A stretch of 64,000 nucleotides of DNA from IMG/VR virus record IMGVR_UViG_3300016665_000195, positions 2,150 through 66,149 of that record. One strand, given 5' to 3'. The notes beneath the pieces are model-generated. The model searched no databases, was not told the DNA's origin, and saw only the letters and a program-made list of their open reading frames with translations. Below, in pieces: positions 1-8,072 of this stretch; positions within the stretch are counted from its first letter, which is position 1, and every line of letters begins with the position of its first letter. Source of the DNA: a virus. Taxonomy: Duplodnaviria; Caudoviricetes. Position numbers and translations under genes: made by a program.

Positions 1-879
1 GATCGTGCCCCAGTCGTACTGCGACAGGATGTTCTCGACGCGCTGCTTCACGTCCGCACGGGCGTCCGGGTACTTGCGCAGTTCATCGGCCGAGGTGCCG
101 GCAAGGATGTTCTCCAGTTGGACCCGGGCGCGCTCAAGGGCAGGATCGTTCGTAATGTTGAACGCGGTGAGCAGGGCGCACAGTTCGGTCGGATTGGAGA
201 CCAGCGTGTCGAAGATGCGGTTCTTCTTGCCATCTTCCTTGTCGGTCAGGCGCTCGACCATGTGCGTCAGTGCGGTATGCAGGCGGGTCCATGCATCACG
301 CTGCGCGGCCTCGACCATGCGTTGAGTACGCGCCTCATACTGCTCAATCAGGTCGCGCTGCAACTCGGACTCGGCCTCGATGCGGAAGTCACCAGCAGTG
401 GGCAGCGGGGTGAGCGCGACGTCGAATGCGAACCTGCTGCGGACCTTCTCGCGCGTCGGATACTCGTCGCGGTTGAACAGCGCGCCAAGCTGGAACGCAG
501 CCGCTGCCACCAACGTGTCGTACCGATCGAGGAAGCGACCGACGAGGATATCGAACTCGTCGCGGAACTCGTTCATCCGGGTTTGGTAGTTCTGCAACGC
601 AAGGATCGGCAGCAGGCGCGAGCCGTTATCCGACCACGGCATCGTCATCTTGTAGTGCGTCAGGCGCGCAGCCGACTGGATCTTGGTGATCGCATCAAGC
701 TCCTTGCACTCGGCGAAGAGCGACTTGTACACGCTGGCCGCGCGGCGCGAGGCGGCGCCCTTGGCGTGCTGCACCTCCTCCTGCGTGGAGCGGTCGAGGC
801 GACGGCCGGTGTAGATGCGGATGGACAGGTCGACGAGGACGGACTGACGGGCGACGCCGGTGACGATGGGCTGCGACAT
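1..879 (-). CDS. DUF3150-like phage protein (runs off window start)
   Basis: Manual translation from ATG at 879 (SD AGGAG upstream): MSQPIVTGVARQSVLVDLSIRIYTGRRLDRSTQEEV...YKSLFAECKELDAI...MPWSDNGSRLLP...EYPTREKVRSRFAF..., open to position 1. Absent from the ORF track because no stop is reached. Typical neighbour of the AAA/VWA pair. Confidence 0.7.
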   Translation of the reverse strand, partial: MSQPIVTGVARQSVLVDLSIRIYTGRRLDRSTQEEVQHAKGAASRRAASVYKSLFAECKELDAITKIQSAARLTHYKMTMPWSDNGSRLLPILALQNYQTRMNEFRDEFDILVGRFLDRYDTLVAAAAFQLGALFNRDEYPTREKVRSRFAFDVALTPLPTAGDFRIEAESELQRDLIEQYEARTQRMVEAAQRDAWTRLHTALTHMVERLTDKEDGKKNRIFDTLVSNPTELCALLTAFNITNDPALERARVQLENILAGTSADELRKYPDARADVKQRVENILSQYDWGTI

Positions 880-908
880 GGTGCTACTCCTGTATGGATG
901 TGGGTGGA

Positions 909-1169
909 TCAGGCGGACTTCTGCGACTCGGTGATCAGCTTGAGCGCGTTGTATTCGGACTCGGGCAGGGGGCGAACGGTCAGCGCCTCGCTGACGGGCT
1001 TGTTGGAAAGCAGCTCGATGTACGCCTTGTTGTAGCCGGTCGTGCCGAGGTTGTTGCCGACGTGCTTGTTCTCGATCTGCCGGCTACCGTCGAGGGCTTC
1101 GACGAGGAGGTTAAGCCGCTCGGCAGTGAGGACGTACTTGGTGGTGTTGATCTCGACGATGAAGTACAT
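909..1169 (-). CDS. hypothetical protein (86 aa)
   Basis: MYFIVEINTTKYVLTAERLNLLVEAL..., packed in the minus-strand operon. Confidence 0.65.
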   Translation of the reverse strand: MYFIVEINTTKYVLTAERLNLLVEALDGSRQIENKHVGNNLGTTGYNKAYIELLSNKPVSEALTVRPLPESEYNALKLITESQKSA

Positions 1170-1233
1170 GGCGTGCCCTGTATGGTTGGTTGAGACGGTA
1201 TGTTGACACCGTCGCATGACGGCGTCAAGCAGA

Positions 1234-2415
1234 TTACTGAAGGTGGATCGTCGTGCCATAGGGCGCACGGTTGCGTTTCTTGGTGACGGCCCACAGGGTC
1301 GGCCAGTCGGACTTGCCCCAGTTGCCAACGTCGCCGTCGGTAAGCTGCACGACCGCCACGGGGTTGATCTTCTTCTCCCGCAGGTAATCGAACAGCACCG
1401 CACCGTTGGTGCCGCCACCGCCACGCGGCTGGAGCGAAGCGACCGCGAACTGCCCGTCGGAGAACTCCTGATGCCCGACGACCTGCGTGTCCCAATAGAC
1501 GACGTGGCACTTGGCAGGGCAGGTCTCCTCGATCAGCGTCCGCACCTCGGTCACGAACCGCGTCATCTCAGCCGTGCCGAAACACGACCCCGAGGTATCG
1601 AACCCGATCACGACCTCGCCGATCTGCTCGCCCACCATCGCTGGCATGTACACATCGCTGGCGATGTACCGTCGGTTGAGCTTGCGCCACGACGAGTCGT
1701 CCTGGCCGCTGCACTGGTCGGTGAAGAACTGCCGGAGCGCCTGCTTCCAGTCGACGCTAGGTGCGAGCAACGCACCGAACACCCCCGCCGAGGTACCGCT
1801 GCCCTTGTTCGTACGCTGCCGCACGATCTCACCCTGGCGCACCGCTTGGGCTACCTTCTCCGCACGCTCGGCCTGCTCGGCGGGGGACTGCTGGGCTGCA
1901 CCTTCCCAGTCGTGATCGTCGATACCGGACTGCCCCTCGCCACTGCCACCGCCCTGCGGGGGCGGCGGGTTCTGCTTCATGCGGTCGTAGATCTGCTGCA
2001 CCGACATGTCGGCGTACTGCACGTCGGGCTTGATCCCGATGTCGGGCATCGACACGAAGCCACGGTGCCCATCGGCCTGCACGATGGCGAGGTTGATGAA
2101 CATGTCGGCTGCGACGTTAGTGCCCTGCGCATCGCGCTTCCACAGATCACGCCAGACGTGCAGGTGTTGGAAGGCGATGTGCATGCCCTCATGGATCAGT
2201 ACGAAGCGAAGCTCGGGGAGCGTCAGCTTGTCGGCGAAGTCGGGGTTGATGCGGATGTTCCAGCCATCGGTGCAGGCGGTCGGGATGTCGCGGTCGAGGG
2301 TCAGGTCGCCGCAGGACAGCACCGCGCAGAAGGCGCAGAACACGGGGTCACGCATGATGTCGATGCGCGCTTTGGTCACCCACTCTTGGGTGGTGAACGT
2401 GCCGGGCTTGTTCAT
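1234..2415 (-). CDS. putative metallopeptidase + VWA domain protein (DUF2201-like)
   Basis: N-terminal HExxH (LIHEGMHIAFQH), C-terminal MIDAS DTSGS, GGGGT and LTDG motifs; adjacent to AAA ATPase. Confidence 0.85.
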   Translation of the reverse strand: MNKPGTFTTQEWVTKARIDIMRDPVFCAFCAVLSCGDLTLDRDIPTACTDGWNIRINPDFADKLTLPELRFVLIHEGMHIAFQHLHVWRDLWKRDAQGTNVAADMFINLAIVQADGHRGFVSMPDIGIKPDVQYADMSVQQIYDRMKQNPPPPQGGGSGEGQSGIDDHDWEGAAQQSPAEQAERAEKVAQAVRQGEIVRQRTNKGSGTSAGVFGALLAPSVDWKQALRQFFTDQCSGQDDSSWRKLNRRYIASDVYMPAMVGEQIGEVVIGFDTSGSCFGTAEMTRFVTEVRTLIEETCPAKCHVVYWDTQVVGHQEFSDGQFAVASLQPRGGGGTNGAVLFDYLREKKINPVAVVQLTDGDVGNWGKSDWPTLWAVTKKRNRAPYGTTIHLQ

Positions 2416-2416
2416 G

Positions 2417-2431
2417 GTTTGACCGTCAAAC
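2417..2431. promoter_or_regulatory. 15-bp palindrome GTTTGAC-N-GTCAAAC (copy 1)
   Basis: GTTTGACCGTCAAAC fills the gap between the AAA ATPase stop and the VWA start; same motif at 5828 and 6373. Confidence 0.6.
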
Positions 2432-3490
2432 TCAGAAGAACTTGCCGCACTCGGCAGCGAGGTTGCGGAAGTTGGGGGTCTTGAGCGCCCAGACCACCTT
2501 GTCCTTGTTGCCCGCCACCATGGTGGTGAACAACGTCTTGGCCTCCATGTGCTTCCAGCGCAGCACGTACGTGACGAACGCCTCCATCGTCTTGGGGCTG
2601 GCCTGCGCCGCGCAGCGGATCGCGAGCATGTAGTACCCGCTGATGTCGGCGGGCAGCGGTGCCGTGTCCGGGCTGGAGAGGATCACATCACGACGCGGCA
2701 CCTTGTCCTCGACCGCGATCGACGCCTCCAGCATGCGAGCGGCAGGCTCCCCGATCGTGCCGGCCAACAGGGGCAGCATGGCCGCTCCGAGGGTGTCCCG
2801 TTGCGTCACGATGTGCGAGGCCTTTTCGAGGGAACGACCGGAGACGAACGCACGGGTATTGCCCGTGAGGGGGTTGAAGATGTACGGGTTCTCCTTCTCG
2901 TTGGACAGCGAGTCGTACCGATCGAACACCTGCGGGTTCTCGTACACGAAGAGCAGCACCGACGGGTGAATGTCCTTCGACGCTGCCCACTGGATCCACT
3001 CCTCGGCCGTCGGGTTGCGGTAATCGACGACGGTCATGCGGTTGTATGCATGCGCTTCGATCCGGTCCCCCACGCCGTCGGTTTCGAGGTTGCCGGTCGC
3101 GAACACGATGGAACCTGCGGGCAGCGGCACGTCGCCGAGGCGACGTTCCAAAACCAACGGGAGAAGCATGTTGAACACCGGGCGCGGTGCCTTGGTCAAC
3201 TCGTCCAGCATGATCAGCACCGGGCGGGTCGAGTCGCGGCTGACGTTGAAGCGCGCGTTCGGCGCGTAGTTGGTCACCATGCGTTCGCGATCCACGACGG
3301 GCATCGCGATGTCCCCGAGGTCGAGGTTGGAGCAGTCGATGTACGACGGAATGTAGTCGGGCAGGAGCTTCGCGACGGCAGCGAGGATCGCACTCTTGCC
3401 CATGCCGGGCTGACCCCGCAGCAGGATCGTGTTGTGCGTGCCGATGGTGGCGATGGCGTTGACGGCTTGGGTGAAGTTGACTTGCAGCAT
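2432..3490 (-). CDS. MoxR-type AAA+ ATPase
   Basis: Walker A GQPGMGKS, Walker B IMLDE, ATGN sensor, NRM motif; paired with a VWA gene. Confidence 0.85.
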   Translation of the reverse strand: MLQVNFTQAVNAIATIGTHNTILLRGQPGMGKSAILAAVAKLLPDYIPSYIDCSNLDLGDIAMPVVDRERMVTNYAPNARFNVSRDSTRPVLIMLDELTKAPRPVFNMLLPLVLERRLGDVPLPAGSIVFATGNLETDGVGDRIEAHAYNRMTVVDYRNPTAEEWIQWAASKDIHPSVLLFVYENPQVFDRYDSLSNEKENPYIFNPLTGNTRAFVSGRSLEKASHIVTQRDTLGAAMLPLLAGTIGEPAARMLEASIAVEDKVPRRDVILSSPDTAPLPADISGYYMLAIRCAAQASPKTMEAFVTYVLRWKHMEAKTLFTTMVAGNKDKVVWALKTPNFRNLAAECGKFF

Positions 3491-3535
3491 TGCGGTGCCT
3501 CTAGGGTTTGACGAGGAAGTGACCAGCGAACCGCC

Positions 3536-3564
3536 AGTATTACAGAGTCAATTTACTTTGTCAA
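3536..3564 (-). promoter_or_regulatory. sigma70-type promoter with tandem 13-bp boxes
   Basis: Minus strand TTGACA-N17-AATACT, with TG before the -10; plus strand ATTACAGAGTCAA TTTACTTTGTCAA. Confidence 0.7.
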
Positions 3565-4087
3565 GAGCCTCGGCTTTGGTCAAGACATCTTGCAGGCGAT
3601 CGGCGAGCGACTTATTGCCGAGCCGAGCCAGGATGCGGATCACCTCTTGCAGGTCGGGGATCAGGATGTCGAACAGCGCGGCCTTGTCTTGCGCCGCAGC
3701 GAGTGCGGCCTTGCGTGCCGCCTTGGCAGCGGCGCGTGCTTCTTCCTCCTGCCTGCGGCGCGCGGCCCATGCCTGACGTACGTTCTCCGACTCCTGCATG
3801 CGATCGGCCAGCATGACGAGGGCCAGCGGGGACAACGTGTACTCCCGATCGATCGGATCCTTGCGGTGTGCTTTGTCGGTCGGCGTGATGTCGATGAGCA
3901 GCCCGCTGTTGGCCAGCGTACGCATCGCTTGCGCGGCTTGCGTGTACGTGCCGCTGGGGATGGGGATGGGCCAGTCGGTCCGTCCCCGGTGCGGGATATC
4001 GATCCCTGCCATCGCCTCCACGATGGAGGTCGCGATCTTGCCCAGCGGTCGGCGGGTCGCCGGGTTGATGATAGATGTGTTCGTCAT
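3548..4087 (-). CDS. hypothetical protein with Ala/Lys/Arg coiled-coil C-terminus
   Basis: MTNTSIINPATRRPLG...ARRRQEEEARAAAKAARKAALAAAQDK. Confidence 0.7.
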   Translation of the reverse strand: MTNTSIINPATRRPLGKIATSIVEAMAGIDIPHRGRTDWPIPIPSGTYTQAAQAMRTLANSGLLIDITPTDKAHRKDPIDREYTLSPLALVMLADRMQESENVRQAWAARRRQEEEARAAAKAARKAALAAAQDKAALFDILIPDLQEVIRILARLGNKSLADRLQDVLTKAEALDKVN

Positions 4088-4088
4088 G

Positions 4089-4268
4089 TCACAGGCCGTA
4101 GGCGTCGGTCTCAGGGGCACGCAGGCAGATCACCTCGTCGCCGATGGTGCGGCGAACGTCGGTCTCGTGTGCAGGTACGTACCGGAATTGGTTATCGCGG
4201 TCGAGCAGGTACAGGTTGCGTTCCCGCAGGTAGGCAAGGGCGGCGGCGAGCTTGTCGGTGGGGGTCAT
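4089..4268 (-). CDS. hypothetical protein (59 aa)
   Basis: Manual translation MTPTDKLAAALAYLRERNLYLLDRDNQFRYVPAHETDVRRTIGDEVICLRAPETDAYGL; start overlaps the upstream stop (ATGA). Confidence 0.6.
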   Translation of the reverse strand: MTPTDKLAAALAYLRERNLYLLDRDNQFRYVPAHETDVRRTIGDEVICLRAPETDAYGL

Positions 4269-4696
4269 GGATTCATTCCTTGGTGGATGATGTGATGCAA
4301 GGGGGCGAGCAGAACGGCACGGGGTTCGCCTACTGCGAGGAGGAGGCGGAACGCATCCGGGCTCAGGTCGAGCACGAACTGAGCGTCATCCCATGTGATG
4401 AGTGCGAGGGTGATGTCCCAAGCGGCATCCCAAGCGGCGTCCAGAGCAGCGACCCGAGCAGCATCCCGAGCAGCGACCTGAGCAGCGGCCCGAGCAGCGG
4501 CCCGAGCAGCATCCCGAGCAGCGGCCCGAGCAGCGACCCGAGCAGCGGCCCAAGCGGCGTCCAGAGCAGCATCCCAAGCGGCGACCCACACCTCTGGCCT
4601 GCGGCGCACGTCAGCCAGCACCCAATCGATGAGCGCTGCGTTGGGCAGGTGCGCCCATGCCGTGCCCGGCACCGGGTCGAAGAGTGTGGGGGTCAT
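4265..4696 (-). CDS. AAWDAA/AARxAA-repeat phage protein
   Basis: VAAWDAALDAAWAAARVAARAAARDAA... tetrapeptide repeats, a common phage accessory type. Confidence 0.8.
   Translation of the reverse strand: MTPTLFDPVPGTAWAHLPNAALIDWVLADVRRRPEVWVAAWDAALDAAWAAARVAARAAARDAARAAARAAAQVAARDAARVAALDAAWDAAWDITLALITWDDAQFVLDLSPDAFRLLLAVGEPRAVLLAPLHHIIHQGMNP
4417..4585. repeat. degenerate 12-bp tandem repeat, about 14 units, coding
   Basis: Units such as CCCGAGCAGCGG, CCCGAGCAGCAT and CCCAAGCGGCGT, in frame with the CDS. Confidence 0.9.
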
Positions 4697-4800
4697 GGGT
4701 TCGCTCCTCCAATCAGAACGGGGCGTCCGCTGGCAGCGGATCGGGTTTAGCGGGCCGCACGGGGTGCGGCAGCCGCGTGAAGGGCCACGAGGGGTAGGGG

Positions 4801-5202
4801 TCAGGCTGCGAGTTCATCCGGCACCTCGACGGTGTCGCCGAGGCGCGTTGCTACGTAGCACCGCATGGCTGCGATCAGGGGGGTGGGTCCAAAGCATTCA
4901 ACCTCTTCGTCGCAGGTGATTGCGTTCCACGCTCCACCGTCGGGGTGCCCCCCGTCCGGGAAGTACGCGATCTCAATCCGTTCGCGCTCGATGATCGGCC
5001 CGCCTTTCGACCAGTCGGTTGACGGGGCATATGCCGCGCCGGGGGAGGGCTTGCCGTCATAGCGGGTGCCCGCGACGGTGTAGGGCAGCGTGCATTCGTC
5101 ATGCACGGGACCGACCTTGTAGAGCATCACGGGCGCACCAGCGGCCATCGCCACCGCATAGTCGAGCGCGGAGCCGGTCAGGTCTTGCGTCTTGATCTTC
5201 AT
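4801..5202 (-). CDS. NinX/DUF2591-like phage protein, paralogue A
   Basis: MKIKTQDLTGSALDYAVA...YAPSTDWSKGGPIIERERI...GPTPLIAAMRCYVATRLGDTVEVP. Confidence 0.8.
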   Translation of the reverse strand: MKIKTQDLTGSALDYAVAMAAGAPVMLYKVGPVHDECTLPYTVAGTRYDGKPSPGAAYAPSTDWSKGGPIIERERIEIAYFPDGGHPDGGAWNAITCDEEVECFGPTPLIAAMRCYVATRLGDTVEVPDELAA

Positions 5203-5203
5203 G

Positions 5204-5488
5204 TCAGCAGTCTCCGAGGTTGTCGTCGGCATTGAATGCATCCCGCTTCACGGCGCACACCAGCATCGACGCCTTGATCGGATCGCGCAGCAACACGTAC
5301 ACCGCCACGCGGATGGGAAATCCTTGGTTGCACAAGGCACGGGCTGCGTTGCGGATGCCAGCGACACGGGCGAACCGACGGGCACCGAGGACAAACTCCA
5401 TGGCGAGGTGGCTGCCGTCCACGTAGATCGGACGGCGCACGGACATACCCGCACGGGTGTGGGTGATGGCGAAGTCAGGGGTGGGCAT
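5204..5488 (-). CDS. hypothetical protein
   Basis: MPTPDFAITHTRAG..., SD AGGAG upstream, directly downstream of the promoter at 5515-5543. Confidence 0.65.
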   Translation of the reverse strand: MPTPDFAITHTRAGMSVRRPIYVDGSHLAMEFVLGARRFARVAGIRNAARALCNQGFPIRVAVYVLLRDPIKASMLVCAVKRDAFNADDNLGDC

Positions 5489-5514
5489 TGCGTTCTCCTG
5501 TATGGGGAAGTCGT

Positions 5515-5543
5515 AGTATGACTTAGTCAATGGACTAAGTCAA
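5515..5543 (-). promoter_or_regulatory. sigma70-type promoter with tandem 13-bp palindromic boxes
   Basis: Minus strand TTGACT-N17-CATACT; plus strand ATGACTTAGTCAA TGGACTAAGTCAA. Confidence 0.7.
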
Positions 5544-5547
5544 GGGG

Positions 5548-5781
5548 TCACCATTCCTCCGTTTCGTCGCGGTAGTACATGCGCGCCCGGTCCAGTTCCA
5601 CGTCGAAGCACGTGCCGTTGCGGTCGCACAGGTGCATCAGGTCACACAGGAGGTCGGCGATGGCGTCGCTGTCGTCGGTGCCGGTGTCACGTTGGAAGGC
5701 GTCGAGGGCACGCTGCGCCCACTTCGCACGGGCGTCGTTCTGCTGCTCGGGGTCGGCCGGGAGATTGGTCGGGGTCGTCAT
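5548..5781 (-). CDS. hypothetical phage protein
   Basis: MTTPTNLPADPEQQNDARAKWA...AIADLLCDLMHLCD..., SD GAGG. Confidence 0.75.
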   Translation of the reverse strand: MTTPTNLPADPEQQNDARAKWAQRALDAFQRDTGTDDSDAIADLLCDLMHLCDRNGTCFDVELDRARMYYRDETEEW

Positions 5782-5827
5782 GATGCGGTCCTCTAAGGTT
5801 GGAGTGCGCCCCCGAGGGGGGCGTGGG

Positions 5828-5842
5828 GTTTGACGGTCAAAC
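5828..5842. promoter_or_regulatory. 15-bp palindrome GTTTGAC-N-GTCAAAC (copy 2)
   Basis: GTTTGACGGTCAAAC, overlapping the stop of paralogue B. Confidence 0.6.
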
Positions 5843-6319
5843 GAGGGTGGCGGGGATCTCAACGGTGTCGCCGAGGCGAGACGCTACGTAGCACCGCATG
5901 GCTGCGATCAGGGAGGTGGGTCCACGCCCCGTCGCGTCGCCCCTGCTTGCCCACCACTCGGGCGTGTCCAAGTGAACGGCGGTGTCGGTGACGTGATCGA
6001 ACAGCACGTCGGTCAGGTCCAGCGTGATCTGCTCGCGCTCGATGATCGGCCCCCCGCACGACCAGTCGGTCGAGTAAGGCAGCACGTTCAGCGGCTTGCC
6101 TGCGGCCATCGCTTTCTTCAGCGCCTGTGCAAACCGATCCACCTCGGATGGCGGTCCACAGAAAACGGCGTGAGGTCCATCGCCATCGTGCGACAGGCAG
6201 CGGCACGCCAAATCCAACAGCGCTTCCTCGGTGATGCCGTATGCGTCTCGGTTTTCCAATCGGGTCACCGCATAGTCGAGCGCGGCACCGGTCAGGTCTT
6301 GGGTCGGAATCGTGGTCAT
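5837..6319 (-). CDS. NinX/DUF2591-like phage protein, paralogue B
   Basis: MTTIPTQDLTGAALDYAV...YSTDWSCGGPIIEREQI...GPTSLIAAMRCYVASRLGDTVEIP. Confidence 0.8.
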   Translation of the reverse strand: MTTIPTQDLTGAALDYAVTRLENRDAYGITEEALLDLACRCLSHDGDGPHAVFCGPPSEVDRFAQALKKAMAAGKPLNVLPYSTDWSCGGPIIEREQITLDLTDVLFDHVTDTAVHLDTPEWWASRGDATGRGPTSLIAAMRCYVASRLGDTVEIPATLV

Positions 6320-6372
6320 GATGCGGTCCTCAAAGGATGTTTGGTGGTAGCCCCCTGGGTGGGGGGCGTGGG

Positions 6373-6387
6373 GTTTGACAGTCAAAC
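6373..6387. promoter_or_regulatory. 15-bp palindrome GTTTGAC-N-GTCAAAC (copy 3)
   Basis: GTTTGACAGTCAAAC, just downstream of the promoter at 6426-6454. Confidence 0.6.
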
Positions 6388-6425
6388 TGCGGGGCGGGTG
6401 GGAACGAATTCCCACCACAGACTAC

Positions 6426-6454
6426 ATTATAACATGGTCAATTGATGTTGCCAA
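6426..6454 (-). promoter_or_regulatory. sigma70-type promoter with extended -10
   Basis: Minus strand TTGGCA-N17-TATAAT (TGnTATAAT) with an internal TTGACC; plus strand ATAACATGGTCAA TTGATGTTGCCAA. Confidence 0.75.
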
Positions 6455-7274
6455 GCCCCTCCACCCCGTCGACCCGGTAGACGATCAGGTTCCCGGTGAT
6501 GGGGTGGCGGGCCGTTTTGAATTTCTTCCCGCTGCGCGAACCGTAGACGTGCGCAGCACGCTGCGCGCGGACCGCCATCGATGCGGGGATCTCAGCCCGC
6601 GTGCCCGGTGCCATCTGCGAGAACGGCCAGCGGCGGTTGCCCGTGCCCTCACCAGACAGCACCCCTGCGCGCTTGCGCAGGCGCTGGATATCCTCCTCGG
6701 TCATAGGCTCGATCGTGCCCAGCGCAGGGCGTGCAGGCGGCGTGTCACCATCCCCGGCAGTGCGAGCCCGCTCGACCTGATGATCTGCACGGGCGTCGAC
6801 CGAGCGCCTGTAGGTCTGTTCGTAGGAGGCGAGCAGATCCTTGATCTGCGCAGTCCGCACGATGTGGATGCCAGCATCCGCAAGGGTGGCGATGATCCCC
6901 GGGGCGGCATCGGCCGTCAGGTTCGCAGCACGGATCGCCTCGTCCACGGGCGCGCCTCGCACGTACTGAATGAGGAACGTCAGCGCATCCTCGGGCAGCA
7001 TCAGGACCTCATCAGGGAGGTCGGTCGCGACGGGCAGGGGGTGGCCGGTGTCAAACTCATGGGTTAGTACGTGCGGGACCAGCACCGAGGCGGGGTAGAC
7101 GCGCCATTCGGTGTCATCGTGGACGAGAAACTGGGGCTCGCTGTTGCCGATCGTGAAGGGGCGGAGCGACCGCCAGTCGAAGGTGGGGGTGCGCTGTTGC
7201 AGCACGTAGCCCATCGGCACGCGCTGGTGGCGCAGGTCATCGGTGGTGAGAGACAGGGGTGCGAGAGTGGTCAT
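6438..7274 (-). CDS. hypothetical protein with C-terminal small putative DNA-binding domain
   Basis: C-terminus RRWPFSQMAPG...AAHVYGSRSGKKFKT...LIVYRV resembles the (Y/W)PF..M..G.SF...F..R...RVWR small phage domain also seen at 49629-49868. Confidence 0.7.
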   Translation of the reverse strand: MTTLAPLSLTTDDLRHQRVPMGYVLQQRTPTFDWRSLRPFTIGNSEPQFLVHDDTEWRVYPASVLVPHVLTHEFDTGHPLPVATDLPDEVLMLPEDALTFLIQYVRGAPVDEAIRAANLTADAAPGIIATLADAGIHIVRTAQIKDLLASYEQTYRRSVDARADHQVERARTAGDGDTPPARPALGTIEPMTEEDIQRLRKRAGVLSGEGTGNRRWPFSQMAPGTRAEIPASMAVRAQRAAHVYGSRSGKKFKTARHPITGNLIVYRVDGVEGLGNIN

Positions 7275-7339
7275 GGGGGTAGGGCTGGTGGGTGGGAGAG
7301 ACTGGATGATATAGGTCCAGCCCGGGCGGGTCAAGACTT

Positions 7340-8000
7340 GATGTGGAGGGGTGGAGGGTAAAGCCGCGCCATTGTATGTGATGTTCCGTCACACGGGTCG
7401 GATTGGCTTGGGGCGCGGGTTTCGGGGCGAAAGTAGGGGGGTACGGGCGGTACGTCCGAAGCGCGTGTCAAAAATTGGGGTTATGAGCGGCTTACGAAGA
7501 CGTCCGCCCGTAGTACGTAATTATCTCGTATATAAACCGAAGCGGACGGATTCGCCACAGCCTTCATAGGTCCAGAAGCGTGACACGCGCCTCGGCTTCA
7601 CACACACACATCACATAAATATAATTAGTTAGTAGAGTTTTCTTATCTCAGCCGTGCCGTTTCCCCCTCCCCAGAGGTGCAGGTTTTCGGCTGAATAGTC
7701 GTGCGATACCCGCAATAGGTAGAACCCGTGTCACCTAAACGGTATACGTCATTACAAAAGAAAATTTCCACCGTTGGCCGTAGGCTATTACCCTCTACAA
7801 GTTGGAGCGGTATCTACAACCGTCATTCTGGATCACGCTCTGGCTTACACTCTTGGGCGTGGCTGTTGGCCCCGCCGTGGCGGCGGGTGCAGTTCCCCCG
7901 GTTTCCATGTATACTTGGTGCATGTGGTAGGGTTAGACCCTCCGCAGTGCGGTGCCTCGCTGCCCGGGCTCGCGCGCAGGCTCGCGGTCCGTACACTACT
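7340..8000. other. long non-coding region with inverted repeats and an AT-rich tract (candidate origin or terminus region)
   Basis: No credible ORF; CCGAAGCGCGTGTCA (7456-7470) and TGACACGCGCCTCGG (7581-7595) form a 14/15 inverted repeat; AT-rich 7611-7647. Confidence 0.4.
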
Positions 8001-8008
8001 ATCCGCAA

Positions 8009-8054
8009 AGCCCAGCGCAAGCGCTGGGCTGAGGATCCCCGGCGATCGCCGGGG
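8009..8054 (-). terminator. double hairpin downstream of the Gp88-like gene
   Basis: AGCCCAGCGC-AA-GCGCTGGGCT (8009-8030) and palindrome CCCCGGCGATCGCCGGGG (8037-8054); U-tail is short. Confidence 0.55.
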
Positions 8055-8072
8055 GTGGTAGGGGTGCGGGGA

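Noticed and set aside
4417-4585. Tandem repeat as a CRISPR array
   Set aside because: 12-bp contiguous degenerate units with no spacers, in frame in a CDS; the Cas4-like gene at 56424 is a phage replication exonuclease with no cas1/cas2
7599-7610. (CA)n microsatellite as a phase-variation switch
   Set aside because: Only about six units, and not in an identified promoter spacer or CDS
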